Assembly: GCA_964016885.1 (NCBI GenBank)
Contig: OZ024740.1
Location: forward strand, 390,600,001 to 390,664,000
Direction of reading: 5' to 3'
Origin: Eledone cirrhosa
Lineage: Eukaryota
Length of the DNA stretch: 64,000 bases
A model generated the notes under the pieces. The model was not told where the DNA came from. It saw only the letters and a program-made list of their open reading frames with translations, and made no database searches. The position numbers and the translations under genes were made by a program. Shown here in pieces: positions 47,373-59,731 of this stretch (the stretch's first letter is position 1; the number at the start of each line of letters is the position of its first letter).

Positions 47373-48960
47373 AATGTCTCGTATATGTTCCAGATCATTA
47401 TATGGAAGATCATCTTCAGATGCCAAGAGAAAGAAAGCACAACGATCTGAAGAAAGTGAAGAAGCTCGACAGGCCCACCTAGCTGCTAACAGGACTCAAA
47501 CAGTTTTATCACGAGTACAGGAATTATTAATGGACATACCGTTTGTATGAAAAAAAGACATAGGTCTACTGCTACACGTGAACAACAAATTGAGGAACAG
47601 TGGCGAATTAGGCGAAAAGATGATCAAGCTCGTTATTCTACTGGCCGAACAAGAGCACAAGCCGCAAGAAATATGAACTGGTTGATGGGTGCGTTTTCTT
47701 TTGACGTCCAAAATGATTACAGCAGTAATCCACAAATCAACATTGGAAAAATAAACAAATGCTGCCAGCATTGTGGTACCAAGAAATGGGCAGTAGAAAG
47801 ATCAGGTCTATGCTGTTCAAAAGGCAAAGTAAACCTTCAAACAACACACTAGCCTCATGAATTTCTAAAGAATCTGCTCCCCCAGGATACACCAGAGTTT
47901 CGACACTTCAATGAATATATCAAAAAGTACAATTCTGCTTTTCAAATAACATATTTTTGAGCTGACAGGAATGTGACAGACTTTCGTTTCTGCGCAAGTT
48001 AATGGGGGGCTTTCTGCCAATTCCACAGGAGCCTACAAACTTTGTGCAGGGCTACTTCATTGGTGGAAATTAAACAGAGTTACAACAAAAATATATCAAT
48101 GTCCATGATAGATTGCAGTTCTACATAGTCATGAAGTTACAAGAAATGCTTCAGCAACATTACATACATGTCAGTATTTTAAATATGCACTAGAGCACAT
48201 AAACAACACCAGGATCACTAAATCACCATCAGAGCAGACAAATGCCTAGATTCAGAACATGAAGACAGGTTCAATGCACTGATGAAGTTGCAATCATAAT
48301 GGTTGTTGAACAACATGAATGACATGACATTATTTTGCTTTAACGAAGTGGACATTTGGAGCGAATATGTGAATCTCATAGGGCCTCACTCCAATATCTG
48401 CTCATCTTCTGGAATGGTCAAAATGGTCGTAATTTTCAGCTATAGCAGATCAACCCAGGAACAGGACAAGAAACTGGCTGATCAATCAGCTGCAAAGAAT
48501 ACTATGTTTATGGGATACCATCAATCAAGTTAACTTCGCTGGATTCTTCGTCGAATCGTGGATAATAGAAATCCTTCTGCGATTCGAAGAAATAACCAGC
48601 CTGTTCATTGTGGACATGTATTGGGTTTCCTGTGAAGGAATCAAAATAAGTTGTGGGCATAAAACTACATCCACTTTAGAGATGCCTTCAATTTTAATGG
48701 TGACCCAAGAAATATTGGCCAACCAGTCATATCAAGCTTCACGGTAGGACCGCGGTACATGCATGCATGAACGTACACAAGATGCAATGGCCAATGTCAG
48801 AAAATTTGCTCAGCCGGATCTCTTCATTAGATTTACATGCAACTCAAACTGGACAGAACTATACAATAAACTATTTCCAAATAAGAAACCGAAGGATCGA
48901 CATGATTTCTTTGTTCGGGTGTTCTATGTAAAGGAAAGACTCCTCTAGATCCTAAAAGAA
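47373..48960 (+). mobile_element. Decayed autonomous Helitron Rep fragment
   Basis: IGK..CQHCGTKKW..E..GLCCSKGKV (N-terminal Zn motif); SFTVGPRYMHERTQDAM..VRK...PDLFI.FTCN..W (Rep motif); many stops and frameshifts. Confidence 0.85.
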
Positions 48961-48967
48961 GGAAGAA

Positions 48968-49510
48968 TCTTTGTGTTAGTGGGCGACTGGAACGGTATCT
49001 TACACGCTGGGACTGTGTGTGGCTAGCAGATAGGGCAGGATTGTGTAATGGCCTCGTGAACCTACTCAGACATTTCCAACTGTTTGGCAAGTACCAACTG
49101 GATTTCCATAATGTGTCAATGTGGATATAGGCAAACCGTACCAGATCATACAGATCGTATCTAGTAGGGAAGCAGATTAGGCTAACATAGGCTGTCCACA
49201 ATCGAAAGTAGTCGACTACACAGATCACAAATTTGTTATCTGTTCAGTCCAGTTAGATAAGCTTCATAGACATGGCCCCGGTTACTGGAAGCCGAACACG
49301 TCATGTTCGCGCAAAGCCTACATAGACCGGATTAGGGAATTGGTTAAGCGGGCGTTGACGGGGCCAATCATCAACACCAAATGGTAGTTTGCCCAGCAAA
49401 GGGCGATTAGAGTACAATCGATAAGGTTTAGTAAAAGAGTAACGCTAGAGGAAACTAGACTAGAGGATGAGCTAGTTAGAAAGCTAGAAGAGGCTGTTAT
49501 TTAAGGCAAC
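48968..49510 (+). mobile_element. Internal APE/linker fragment of a Tx1 element related to the array
   Basis: GTGTTAGTGGGCGACTGGAACGG, GGTTACTGGAAGC and GTTAAGCGGGCGTTGACGGGG match array ORF2. Confidence 0.85.
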
Positions 49511-49599
49511 ATACCATCATAACAGCACATCAGACATCATTGCAACAAGAGAGATTAAGCATTTTGGTGACGCGATAGAATTCAAAGTGGAAGGTTTCA

Positions 49600-50830
49600 G
49601 AATTTTAGAATGTTGAGAGAAACAAAGTCAATAATCCTGCTGAGGCTGGATTTCGATGGTATGGACCTCTTGGGATTCTCTGGAATAATATTCATTTTTG
49701 CGTGATGTAATCTCTGAAAAGTTAAATATTCTTCATTTCAGATTTCTTATTGAGTAATAGCATATGCTTCTTTAGGACATATATCTTCTGTCTAAGGCAA
49801 AATTGGCACACTGGATTATAAGTGAACTGTAGACAAGGTTCTATGTTAAATTAAGGCAGTCGTGCTCCTGGTCTCGAGCGTCGTTATGAAATGGTATAGG
49901 TAAAATAAGTTTTCCTTTATTGAGACCAAAAAGAATAAATATGATGTCTATAAAGTTCTTTCAAGTCGTTTGCAGCGAACCCCGCTTAGTTCTCTTGGCA
50001 GAAAGTTCGTAGCTCCCTATATAACGGCCATTGCAATGCAACGCCACCCTACGGGTCTAGTGCCTTGATAGCGCGAACTGCAAGTGGGATGTTGGGATGT
50101 AGGAAGTGCTGATGTGGTCTTTTGGTTGGGGCATGCAATAGTGGAGGCGATTTAATAGCTACCAATGGCATAATCTGATTTGAAAGGTTTTTAGTATTTT
50201 TCTGTAGTTGGGATGTGCTGATTAACGGGTGGTAAAAAAAAACAGCGATACTAGTGATTACTTCTAAGATATGATTTAGATTAAATTATCTAACTTTTCG
50301 CTTCTTGTTTCTCTTCGGTTCCAGTGCGGATACGTAGATCTCCCATATCGACTAACTTCTCCCTAGCTAGAGCCTTCTTAGTGTAGGGGCAGCCCTAATG
50401 ATTATTTTCCCATTGCAAAATAGGATTCTCTCCTGATTAAGTCTGCGACTAGGTTTCTAATTATAGCTGGGGTGGTCAAATTTCTTATTGATATATACTA
50501 TCTCCTCGTTTTATTCCCTATATGGTAATAATTACCTATCTTAAGGTCTAGTGTAGTATCTAGGAAATTATCAATCGTTACGTTGCTGAAGATGCTTATA
50601 TATAAGTCAAATGATTTGAATATACTTTTCAGTTATTTTCTAAATCTATCTATAGTATAACCGTTCATGTTGCATGAAAATGCTTACCATCATCTCAGTG
50701 CAAATCTAAGGTATATGGGTAAGTTCCTTTCTTTGGGGGGGGGGGGGGGGTAGTTCAGCTATCATATTGCTGCTATATGTGACGTCGAACTGAAGGCTTT
50801 GGGTATTCTTAATTAGTAGAAATGGTCATG
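49600..50830 (-). mobile_element. Decayed Penelope-like element
   Basis: Minus strand FDVT.SS..AEL and NFLDTTLDL motifs, followed by GIY-YIG-like residues. Confidence 0.55.
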
Positions 50831-50860
50831 ATGAAGTTCATTATTATTGGCGGATTAAAG

Positions 50861-51075
50861 GGCGGTGGATTGGCAGTATCGGTAGAGGGTCGGACGCCAT
50901 GCTTTGCAGCAAAGAGTTACGGCTCTTTATGGTCTGAGTTCAAATCCCGCCGAGGTTAACTTTGCCTTTCATCCTTACGGGGTCGATAAAATAAAGTACC
51001 AGGCACGCACTGGGGTCGATTTAATCGACTTTCCCCTCACCCATAATTGCTGGCGTTGCGCCTATATAAGAAACC
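50861..51075 (+). mobile_element. tRNA-derived SINE family A (first of a tandem pair)
   Basis: Full head, body and tail; TSD ATTATTATT(G/A)GCGGATT at 50840-50856 / 51076-51092. Confidence 0.9.
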
Positions 51076-51084
51076 ATTATTATT

Positions 51085-51277
51085 AGCGGATTGGCAGTAT
51101 CGGTAGAGGGTCGGACAACATGCTTTGCAGCACAGAGTTACATCCCTTTACGGACTGAGTTCAAATCCCGCCGGGGTTAACTTTGCCTTTGATCCTTACA
51201 GGGTCGATAAAATAAAGTACCAGTAATGTACTGGGTAATTTGCTGGCCTTGTGCCAAAAGTAGAAATAATTATTATT
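51085..51277 (+). mobile_element. tRNA-derived SINE family A (second of the pair)
   Basis: Head, body and tail with ATT end. Confidence 0.9.
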
Positions 51278-52239
51278 CTGATATCAAGGAAGCTGAGTGA
51301 GATTTCGAAAGTCTCTGACTGACATTTCAGTTCTATAACAATTAGTTGTTATAAAAATGAAAATAAATTGTCATTTACAAGATATTCTTTTATACGTGGG
51401 ATATATTGAAACATTATCAGGGCGAGACAGCAAGAAAGTATAACTTGACAATCAAATGAAGATAGCTAGTCTAATCGATTATATATAATTTCATCAGAAA
51501 ATGTTGTCTCTAATACTCCCAAATACTCTAAAACTGTAAATATTTCCAAAATCAGATATTGTTTCCATGGTTAATTCCGAACCAACAGCACGAAATTTTC
51601 TTTTACTAAAATATCTATAGATGTATGTGATATAGAACTTTCTGTTCCTCACTTAACATGGACCAACCGGTTTTCATATAAGAAATATGCATTTCTAGGT
51701 ATAACTGTCCGGCTACTTAATGTTTATAGGATAATAAAAGATCCAAATTAGAAATGTAAATATTACTAACATATTTATTGTTCTGCGGATTTGATTTACA
51801 TTGTTTGTTTTTGTTTCATATAACCCGCCTGTTTTTGGCGCTTAAATAGTCAGTTTGATAATGGAATGTTGTTAATGTTATGTTTTATCGAGAATAACAT
51901 AAATAAAGTGAAGTATTTATAGAGTGATGCTTATATGCCGGCCACCAAATGGTGTATTTTGTTGTACAACGAAGGGAGAAACAATATCTGCTGTTTCGAG
52001 TTTAGATATTTTATCCACTAAGGAGTTGACCCTCACTGACGCAGGTCATTATTTGTCTCTTCATATCGTTCTGATTATCGTTTATATAATAGATACCTAT
52101 TCACTCGGAAATGATTTTTATAAATCCACTTTTAATTGAAAACTTTGTTGTGGAAAGAATAGTTCGAATATATATGTTATATAAAAAAGATTAAGAGAAA
52201 TAATTTCAAATATAGTTTTATTTCCGGAACAGGCTGTTA

Positions 52240-53211
52240 TTAGCTAGGTTTGCAGCTTGGTGATACTGCTCTCTGTCGAATAACTATCGCATTTGTTTCT
52301 TGTAATTTCATTGTATAGTGAGAAATACACCATGTATAACCCCAGCGCTTCCTGAATATTTTCTTTTGGCTTTTGATGATATGTGTATTGCAGTATTTAT
52401 TAGGATGATGCCATCCTGCGTTATTACCGTCACTGGTTGTTTGATGAACTGCCGTCAATGTCTCGGTGGCATCGATAACTGTTACGTTTTGAGAAATAGC
52501 AAAATAGACCAACCAATTATCATAATGAATACGTCCAATGGCTAAATCTAATATCTGACGCCAAGGAAATTCTCGATTCGTAATAAAGTAATCAATTGCA
52601 ACACCTTTCATTATAACTCCGCTCTCGGCTAGCTGAAGTAAACTGTCAGCATGTGAAATGTGTCTATGATTCATAAAATTAACATTAATTCTCTGTCCAA
52701 CCACTAGTATGGGTCTATTTGCGGGTATAATTTCTTTAATGGATTTCAACGTTTTGATAAGACCCTCATCAAAAAGAATATCACTATTTGCAAAGCCATA
52801 AAAATCGTTGCCGGGAAAAGTGTCGAGCGCATCAAGTAACATCGATTTTAATACTGGTATTTGACCGCAAGTTACTTTTGGAATATTCTTTACTTCCCAG
52901 TATTTTGCTAGATACGTATTCACACGGTTGTAATCTGCATTTTCTGGATTTAATGGTGAGATATACAAAATAGGTTTTACTATTAATGGCCACTTTGACC
53001 ATATACTGGCAGTATTTTCATAAACTGAAGTTTTGTCAGGTGATAATTTCCAACTGGTTACAAGGACCAATAAAAACCTGTCTTTTGTTACCAAGTTAGC
53101 CAACTTATCAGAAATATTTTTTATCATGTTTCTATTAATTAAAAGAAAACCAACCATCACAATCGATATAAGATAAAGCAATACTATTTTCCTTTTTATA
53201 GACTTAAACAT
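52240..53211 (-). CDS. 323-aa type II membrane protein, putative GT-A-fold glycosyltransferase-like
   Basis: Uninterrupted ORF in AT-rich DNA; basic N-terminus plus TM helix (IVLLYLISIVMVGFLLI); YGFANSDILFD, GQR.NV, IDYF, GR..YDNWL, DAT.T..AVHQ; acceptor TTTTCTTTTCAG directly before the ATG. Confidence 0.8.
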   Translation of the reverse strand: MFKSIKRKIVLLYLISIVMVGFLLINRNMIKNISDKLANLVTKDRFLLVLVTSWKLSPDKTSVYENTASIWSKWPLIVKPILYISPLNPENADYNRVNTYLAKYWEVKNIPKVTCGQIPVLKSMLLDALDTFPGNDFYGFANSDILFDEGLIKTLKSIKEIIPANRPILVVGQRINVNFMNHRHISHADSLLQLAESGVIMKGVAIDYFITNREFPWRQILDLAIGRIHYDNWLVYFAISQNVTVIDATETLTAVHQTTSDGNNAGWHHPNKYCNTHIIKSQKKIFRKRWGYTWCISHYTMKLQETNAIVIRQRAVSPSCKPS

Positions 53212-53959
53212 CTGAAAAGAAAAGAAAATATATTAAATTAAATAACACAGACAAGTAATGATATTTGTTATTGTATGTATGACATATAGAGATATGTTGG
53301 TAATTCAATTCAACTAAAATCTTAGCATACAACGATATATGTTTACTATACGGCTCCTCGGTTTTGACCGAATACAAAGAGAAAAATGTCACAAATTCAG
53401 TTTTTTCAATTCCCCACTTCATTTAATACTACCCTTAAACTTTAAACCCTAATCGTAACCCTAACGGTAAACTCTAAACCATAAAGTTTGCAAAATTGAC
53501 AATGAATTGATATAGAATAAAAAAAACATTAAATGTTTATCATATAATGTATTTGCGCATTTTAGAAATGTGTGTAACACATCCGCACATAAATAAATGT
53601 TTATATAAATACATGCATGCATATTTATATGTTATTGATATGTATAGATACCTGTATGCATGTGTATATACCTATACACAGTTCCTCTCTCTCTCCCTCT
53701 CTCTTCCATTCACTTATCCAACTTACTTAAAATATACAACCATAGAACCCTCTTTTCCCTACTCAGTCTATCAAAATATTTTGCATTCCTTTTTTAATAT
53801 TTCGCTTACCCTTTATGTCCGTTTTTCTTCTCCGGTTTCCCCTAACATTTGTTCATCCCCTTCCTAGCTTATTCATTCTTGCTTCATTCTCGAAAAAATG
53901 TGTTTGTCTGTAGTTGTGCGAGGGGTGGGGTGATGTAGGCTTTCTACATATGTAAAACA

Positions 53960-55110
53960 TGTAAAGTCACAGATACAGTCTGGCCATATGTTTCGGAACT
54001 CCATTTATAGATGAGAATTTCCCTTCATCCTATGACTCAGATATGTTATCCACAGCATCCATAATATTGAATTTTTCTAAAAGTTTCTAACTGTAAGTTT
54101 ATCCTCCCTATGAATTGTTTCTATAAATTGCTTGAAAGATAATATGCCTTGAAGTTAGCTATCACCCCTTAATCCATAGGCTGTGATAAATAAGTTGTAT
54201 TATTCGAAATATAATTTAAGTTCTTTATGTGATTAGGCGCATTGTTTAAAAGGAGCAATATTTTATTGGAAATATTGCATCTGTCCTGCATCTACAGCAG
54301 GACAATAATGTTTGTAACACAGTCTTTGAAAAGGATCTTATTCATCCATGTCTTCTTATTTGAATTCCAAATCAAATGTAGATAAGACTAAGAGTTATCC
54401 TGGAAACTCTATGGATTTTTCAGGCCTTACTTTCATATCACTAGAAGCATTTCCTACCAAAGGAAAGGTGAGGCGATATTTGAAAGCTTTAAATTCCTGT
54501 GTTGATTTAGATCTCGTTTCGAGATATAAATGCTCTAGAAAATATAATACTCTTATCAACAATCTATGCTCGTTCTAGTGTGTAGCCTCTTTTGGCAATC
54601 ATTTTTTTCAGACCATTGGAATAATTTATACCAGCCTCTATACCAACACTGACATCTTCACCGGCCATTTTAATGTGCAAATTCAAGCACTTCTTAAAGC
54701 TTTCAAACTAGCCTTTACTACTCCAAAAAGATTTTGTATTAGAAGTTTCACCTTCTCTTTTCTGCAAATTTGTGTATAAACCTTTAGCTTTCGCTTGAAT
54801 AAATATCGTACTAATCAGCACATTACATCTAGCTTTATCATCGACATATACACCCAAAATCCACTTCATAATCATCAAATCAGTTAACGGATTAGCTTAG
54901 TGAGAAGTTAACTTGATTTCTTTACGTTATTGTCATGTGCTATTCCCACTGTATGTGTTGTTAGCGTTAATATTTTGGAAATGTAACAGATTTTTTCTTC
55001 CGCAGATTTTTTCTTCCTTTTAAAAATATTGTTTAACATTCCATGTAATGTCTTTACAGCCCATTTTAGCATTACTATCTTCATTTCCTTTTCATGCCTC
55101 TTTATGGTGA
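53960..55110 (-). mobile_element. Decayed Penelope-like element (tentative)
   Basis: Residual RT-like (KGLYTN) and downstream segments; no open frame. Confidence 0.35.
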
Positions 55111-55329
55111 TCCTGAAGACGGGAGATGTGTTATACTAAACGTTTCGTAGGTAAATCCAACACCGGCAGTGATTAACAATATTCAATATTAGTTATATTA
55201 CCATATATACACGTATCTCACGATACATATCACGCACACAGATTAATCCACTCCCAACGAAGGTCTAGGATCACAGGTAGAGCAGTGTTCGTGCATGTAT
55301 GACTGTACTCTTACACACACACACACACA

Positions 55330-55407
<78 letters not shown>

Positions 55408-55413
55408 CATATA

Positions 55414-56597
55414 CTAGCAGAAGTACCCGGTGTTGCCCGGATGTAAGTCGACCTTTGCTCTGTTGTTAAAATGTGTGAAAGTTACTTCCCGCGCATCACA
55501 GGTGCAAAAACCTTCGAACCTCAAGGAAAAAAACAGAGGTTAGTAGACGCAGGTGTGTAATTGAGCATAAATAATGGATCAATTGTAAGTTCACAGTGTA
55601 TCGTTGAAATTGTTCTTTGCACGACTGACGGAAGTCAAATTCACTTGAAATTGAATTTTCAGTTGATTTTTAGAGCAGGGTGAAAAAGTCGATTTTTTCA
55701 CAGTTTTATTTTTTACAATTTTCGCGCTCACATGTGCAGAAGAAGAAATAAACGGGACTTTATCTGAACCGCGGCATAATGGCGAGTCTTTTGCGACAGT
55801 TTTCAAGAAAATCGGACGCTCCTGTAAAAGGTTTTCCCATGTGCAATTTTGCCTTGTTTTTTGCGCAAAGTCGAACCCCCGCTTCAGTTTACATGAATGC
55901 GTGACCGCCTTATTTTGCTAAGGTAGTGGGACCACGGGAATGAAGGGGCGCATGGAGGCTGGATGATCGCTTGAGAAGACTGGGCGCATTACAGGATGGT
56001 GCGCGGCGGTATAGTCTTGATAGTTCTTATATAAGAAATGGAAGAATCGGCATAAAAGGTTTGCTGAATATGGTGAGCGTTAATTTAAAGAGACTTACGG
56101 TGGATAATCCTGATAGATTGAACGTTTTTTGCATGGCGGGAGTCGCGACAAATGGAAGCAAGAAGAATGGCGTTTTTTGGTTGCCATATTTTTGCCTCTG
56201 GGGGTCCGATTATCGATTGTTTTGAAAATTTCAAGTACCCCACGTTGATCCCCGCATCACAATACATACCTACGTCAAATTTCATTGGAATCGGACAAAT
56301 TTCGTAAATATCGATGTTTGCCTCCGGTGATCCAATTATCAATTTTTCGAAAATTTAATGTAGCCCACGTTCATCCCCGGATCAAAATACACACTTGCGT
56401 CAAGTTTCATCGAAATCGGATGATTTTTGAAAATATCGATTTTTGGTTTCTTTCGAAAATTTCAAGTAGCCTATTCCAATCTACGGGTCGGGTTTTATAT
56501 ATGTGTCAAGTTTCATGAAAATCGGATGAACGGTGTAGCCTACAAGTTCGGGACACTAAACAAACAAACAACGCCCAACTTCACTTTATATATAAGA
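55414..56597 (-). mobile_element. Non-autonomous Helitron
   Basis: 5' TCTTATATATAAAG..(GTTT)n; 3' hairpin CCGGGCAACACCGG plus CTAG|T; internal ~90-bp repeats 56190-56530. Confidence 0.8.
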
Positions 56598-56599
56598 TA

Positions 56600-57840
56600 T
56601 ATGGTGTTGGTGTAGAGCAGTTATATCAGGTCCACTATCTTCTTGGGGATTCCATAAGCCTGTAAGATCTTCATCAGGCAGTGACGGTCCACAGAATCAA
56701 AGGCCTTCCTAAAGTCAATGAAAACCATGACCGCAGGAAGGCACTTTGCTCTAGCTCCCTCTAATATCCTCCTCAGCATCAGGATGTGACTGGTGGTTCA
56801 TCTTCCCTCTCTGAAGCCGTTCTGGTTGTCCCTGAGCTTCTTCTCCATCTCAGGCTGTTGAGGGTCTTTGCCACAAGGGATGAGATGACAGAGTTCTTTG
56901 AGATACTGGCTGGAGTGATCCAGGGAGATACATTGGCTCCCTACCTTTTTATCATCGTAGTGGACTATTGTATGCACCTTGCACTGGAGAAACACCAGGA
57001 CTCTGGCTTTACTGTAGCACCGGCTCAGAGCAGGAGAGTTAAGGCGAAAAAGATATCGGATGCTGAATTTGCCGACGACATAGTTTTGGTGACAAATACA
57101 GTGAAGGAGGCAGAGGATGTGATGCAGGAGGTTGAGACTGTTTCGATGAGTGTGGGCTGAGAATGAATGAGACTAAAACAAAATATCTGGTAGAGAATGT
57201 TGAGAAGCCAGAGGGGATTACTAATGTAGGCGGGAAGCCGCTAGAATTGGTTGAGGATTTCCTGTATTTGGGAGTAAAGATTGGGAATACGGAAGATGAT
57301 GTGGTTGAGAGGAAGAGCAAAGCCTGGGCGGCGTGCCACAGATTGAGATCGGTGTGGAAGTCGGACCTTCGTAAAGACCTGAAAATATGCCTCTTCATTG
57401 CTGTAGTGGAGTCTGTGGTGCTGTACGGGTCTGAGACTTGGACACTGACCAAAAAACTCACTCAGATGGTGGATGGGTGCTACACGAGAATGCTGAGGAT
57501 GGCTCTGAACATTAATCAGTATACACTGAGGATGAAAAACTCAGAGCTGTACGGGGGCCTCCCAAAAGTCAGCTCAAAAGTGACACAGAGGAGACTGAGA
57601 TTAGCTGAACATGCTCACCGACATCCAGAGTTGACATTGCACTCAGTGCTCCTGTAGGAGCCCCTACATAGACACACTGGAAGAGGAAGACCAAGGTTAA
57701 CGTATAATTATGCCCTAAGGACAGACACTGGTCTGTTGGAGACGCGGGACATGGCAGCGATAATGAGGGACAGAGACCGCTGGAGAGAACTCGTCCATGG
57801 ATCTCGGGAATTTTACCCGCCCTAGATAGATAGATAGATA
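56600..57840 (+). mobile_element. RTE-clade LINE, 5'-truncated with inverted 5' segment and (TAGA)n tail
   Basis: + strand GVIQGDTLAPYLF, FADD, F.YLG, LYGSETW, GRGRP; - strand 56600-56860 QNGFR..IDFRKAFDSV..YGIP. Confidence 0.9.
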
Positions 57841-57856
57841 TCTATAAATATATATA

Positions 57857-58497
57857 TTTACGTATTTTTTTCTCTCTATCCCCCTTTTTATCCCAATAAC
57901 TTATTTTAGTTATTGATTGCCCTAGGTTGAGATATCCCGTCTCTAACGCGAAGAAATATCGATGATTCCGAGCAGACAACTGATGATAAATATTACCCTC
58001 TTTCGCCCGTAAATTTTTATTTTCATTATACTTAATTGCAACCACACAGCCCGCCGTTTTATTCATATAATTTTCCATATCCGCTGTGACCCGTCTTTTC
58101 TCTTCTCTTGTTGCTTTCAACTCTCCCTCTTCTCTCTCTCTTTCTCCCTCGTACTTTCGCTCACCCCCTCTGCTAGTCACCTTCTCTCTGCTAGCCTGCC
58201 ACTATAACTGCCTCATTCTCGCTTCCTCTTACTTTCACTCACTCCCTCTCTGCTAGTCACCCTCTCCGCTAGCTCACTTCCTCCCTCGTCCGCCACTGCA
58301 AGCAGTCTCTTTTCTCGCTCACACTGCTACAGTGAAGACGTGTCTGTTCTCTCTCGTCACACTTGTCAGGACTTATGTCCGTCAAAAGTTTGTTGACTTG
58401 ATATTTTTCCTCTCTTTACGTTGTTTTACTTTTCGTATCTGTTTACGTATATTTTTATCTCTCTCCCCCCTTTTTATCCCAATAACTTATTTTATTA
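57857..58497. repeat. Element bounded by ~55-bp direct repeats
   Basis: TTTACGTAT..CCCCCTTTTTATCCCAATAACTTATTTTA at about 57857 and 58442. Confidence 0.7.
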
Positions 58498-58680
58498 TAT
58501 TCATACAGTCATACATGTGAATATACATAAATATACATACGCATACAAACAGGCAAACAGCTGCGTATATACACGCAGATAGACCATATCATATATGTGT
58601 GTCCGCACATATTCACGTAAGCACATGCATACACAGACAAAGATACATGTATATATATATGCGTTTGTGTGTATGTGTGA

Positions 58681-58755
<75 letters not shown>

Positions 58756-58783
58756 AACAAAAGATGGTTAAAAGAGTTCCATG

Positions 58784-58850
58784 TATTTTATTATGCGCAT
58801 TTCAAAAACAAATATCATCATGCAATAATATCTGTTTTCATCAGATAAAA
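58784..58850 (-). ncRNA. Type I hammerhead ribozyme motif downstream of the Penelope-like ORF
   Basis: TTTTAT-CTGATGA-AAACAGATAT..ATATTTGTTT(TT)-GAAA-TGCGCA-TA-ATAAAA; palindromic loop III. Confidence 0.75.
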
Positions 58851-59731
58851 CATGAAGACATGATATGAAGGTTAAAAAACACTTGTGGATAGTTCAGTTT
58901 TAAATCAACATATGAGAAGTAGTTTTAGATTGATGTGTGATATTGGGAAAAATATTTTATTTTGAGGGGGAGGGGATGAAAAAGAGGAGGAGATGAGAGT
59001 AAAAAGTGGAGAGGGAGGAGTATAATGAGGAAGGATGAGATAGGAGGAGAGATGGGTGATAGAGAGAGAGAGATAGCTTTTATAACTGAGAAAGATATAT
59101 TGTTTTACATAGAGAGGTTGAAAACCGTTGGAAGATAATGTATAAATTAAAAGAATTTGAAAATTAACGAAGAGAAAAATAATGTAAAGTTAAGGTTTGT
59201 ATATTGAGGGGTTTAATAATATGTGCGATGAAAAGAAAATGTTAATATGTATTAAGAATAATATTTAAGGGTTTAATAATATGTGCGATGGAAAGAAAAT
59301 GTTGATATGTATTATTAAAAGGAACAACAGGTTATTTAAGTAAGGATATATTGTGAGATGAGCATGAATGAGTTAGATGAAAGGGAGAAAAGAATAATGA
59401 ATTGGGGATGAATAATCTAACGTCAAAAAAATGTATATGTTTACGAAGGATTTTTTCAAGGTGATATAGAGTAAGAATGTATTGTATTATGTAATAATTG
59501 ATTCTATGTTAGGCAACAGTGAGAAAAGGTACAGATTAGGGGTTAGACATTAAAAGAAAAAGAGAAGAAAGGGAAGTGATAAATAGGAGCGATGTAGAAG
59601 GAGTAACAAGTATTTTAGAATGTATAATAACCTTTGAAATAAGGTAGAAAGATGGGTATATTTTTAAAAGAAGTGTATATATATATATGTGCCTTTGAGA
59701 AAAAGATTCTAAATTGATAAAGAATTGGATA

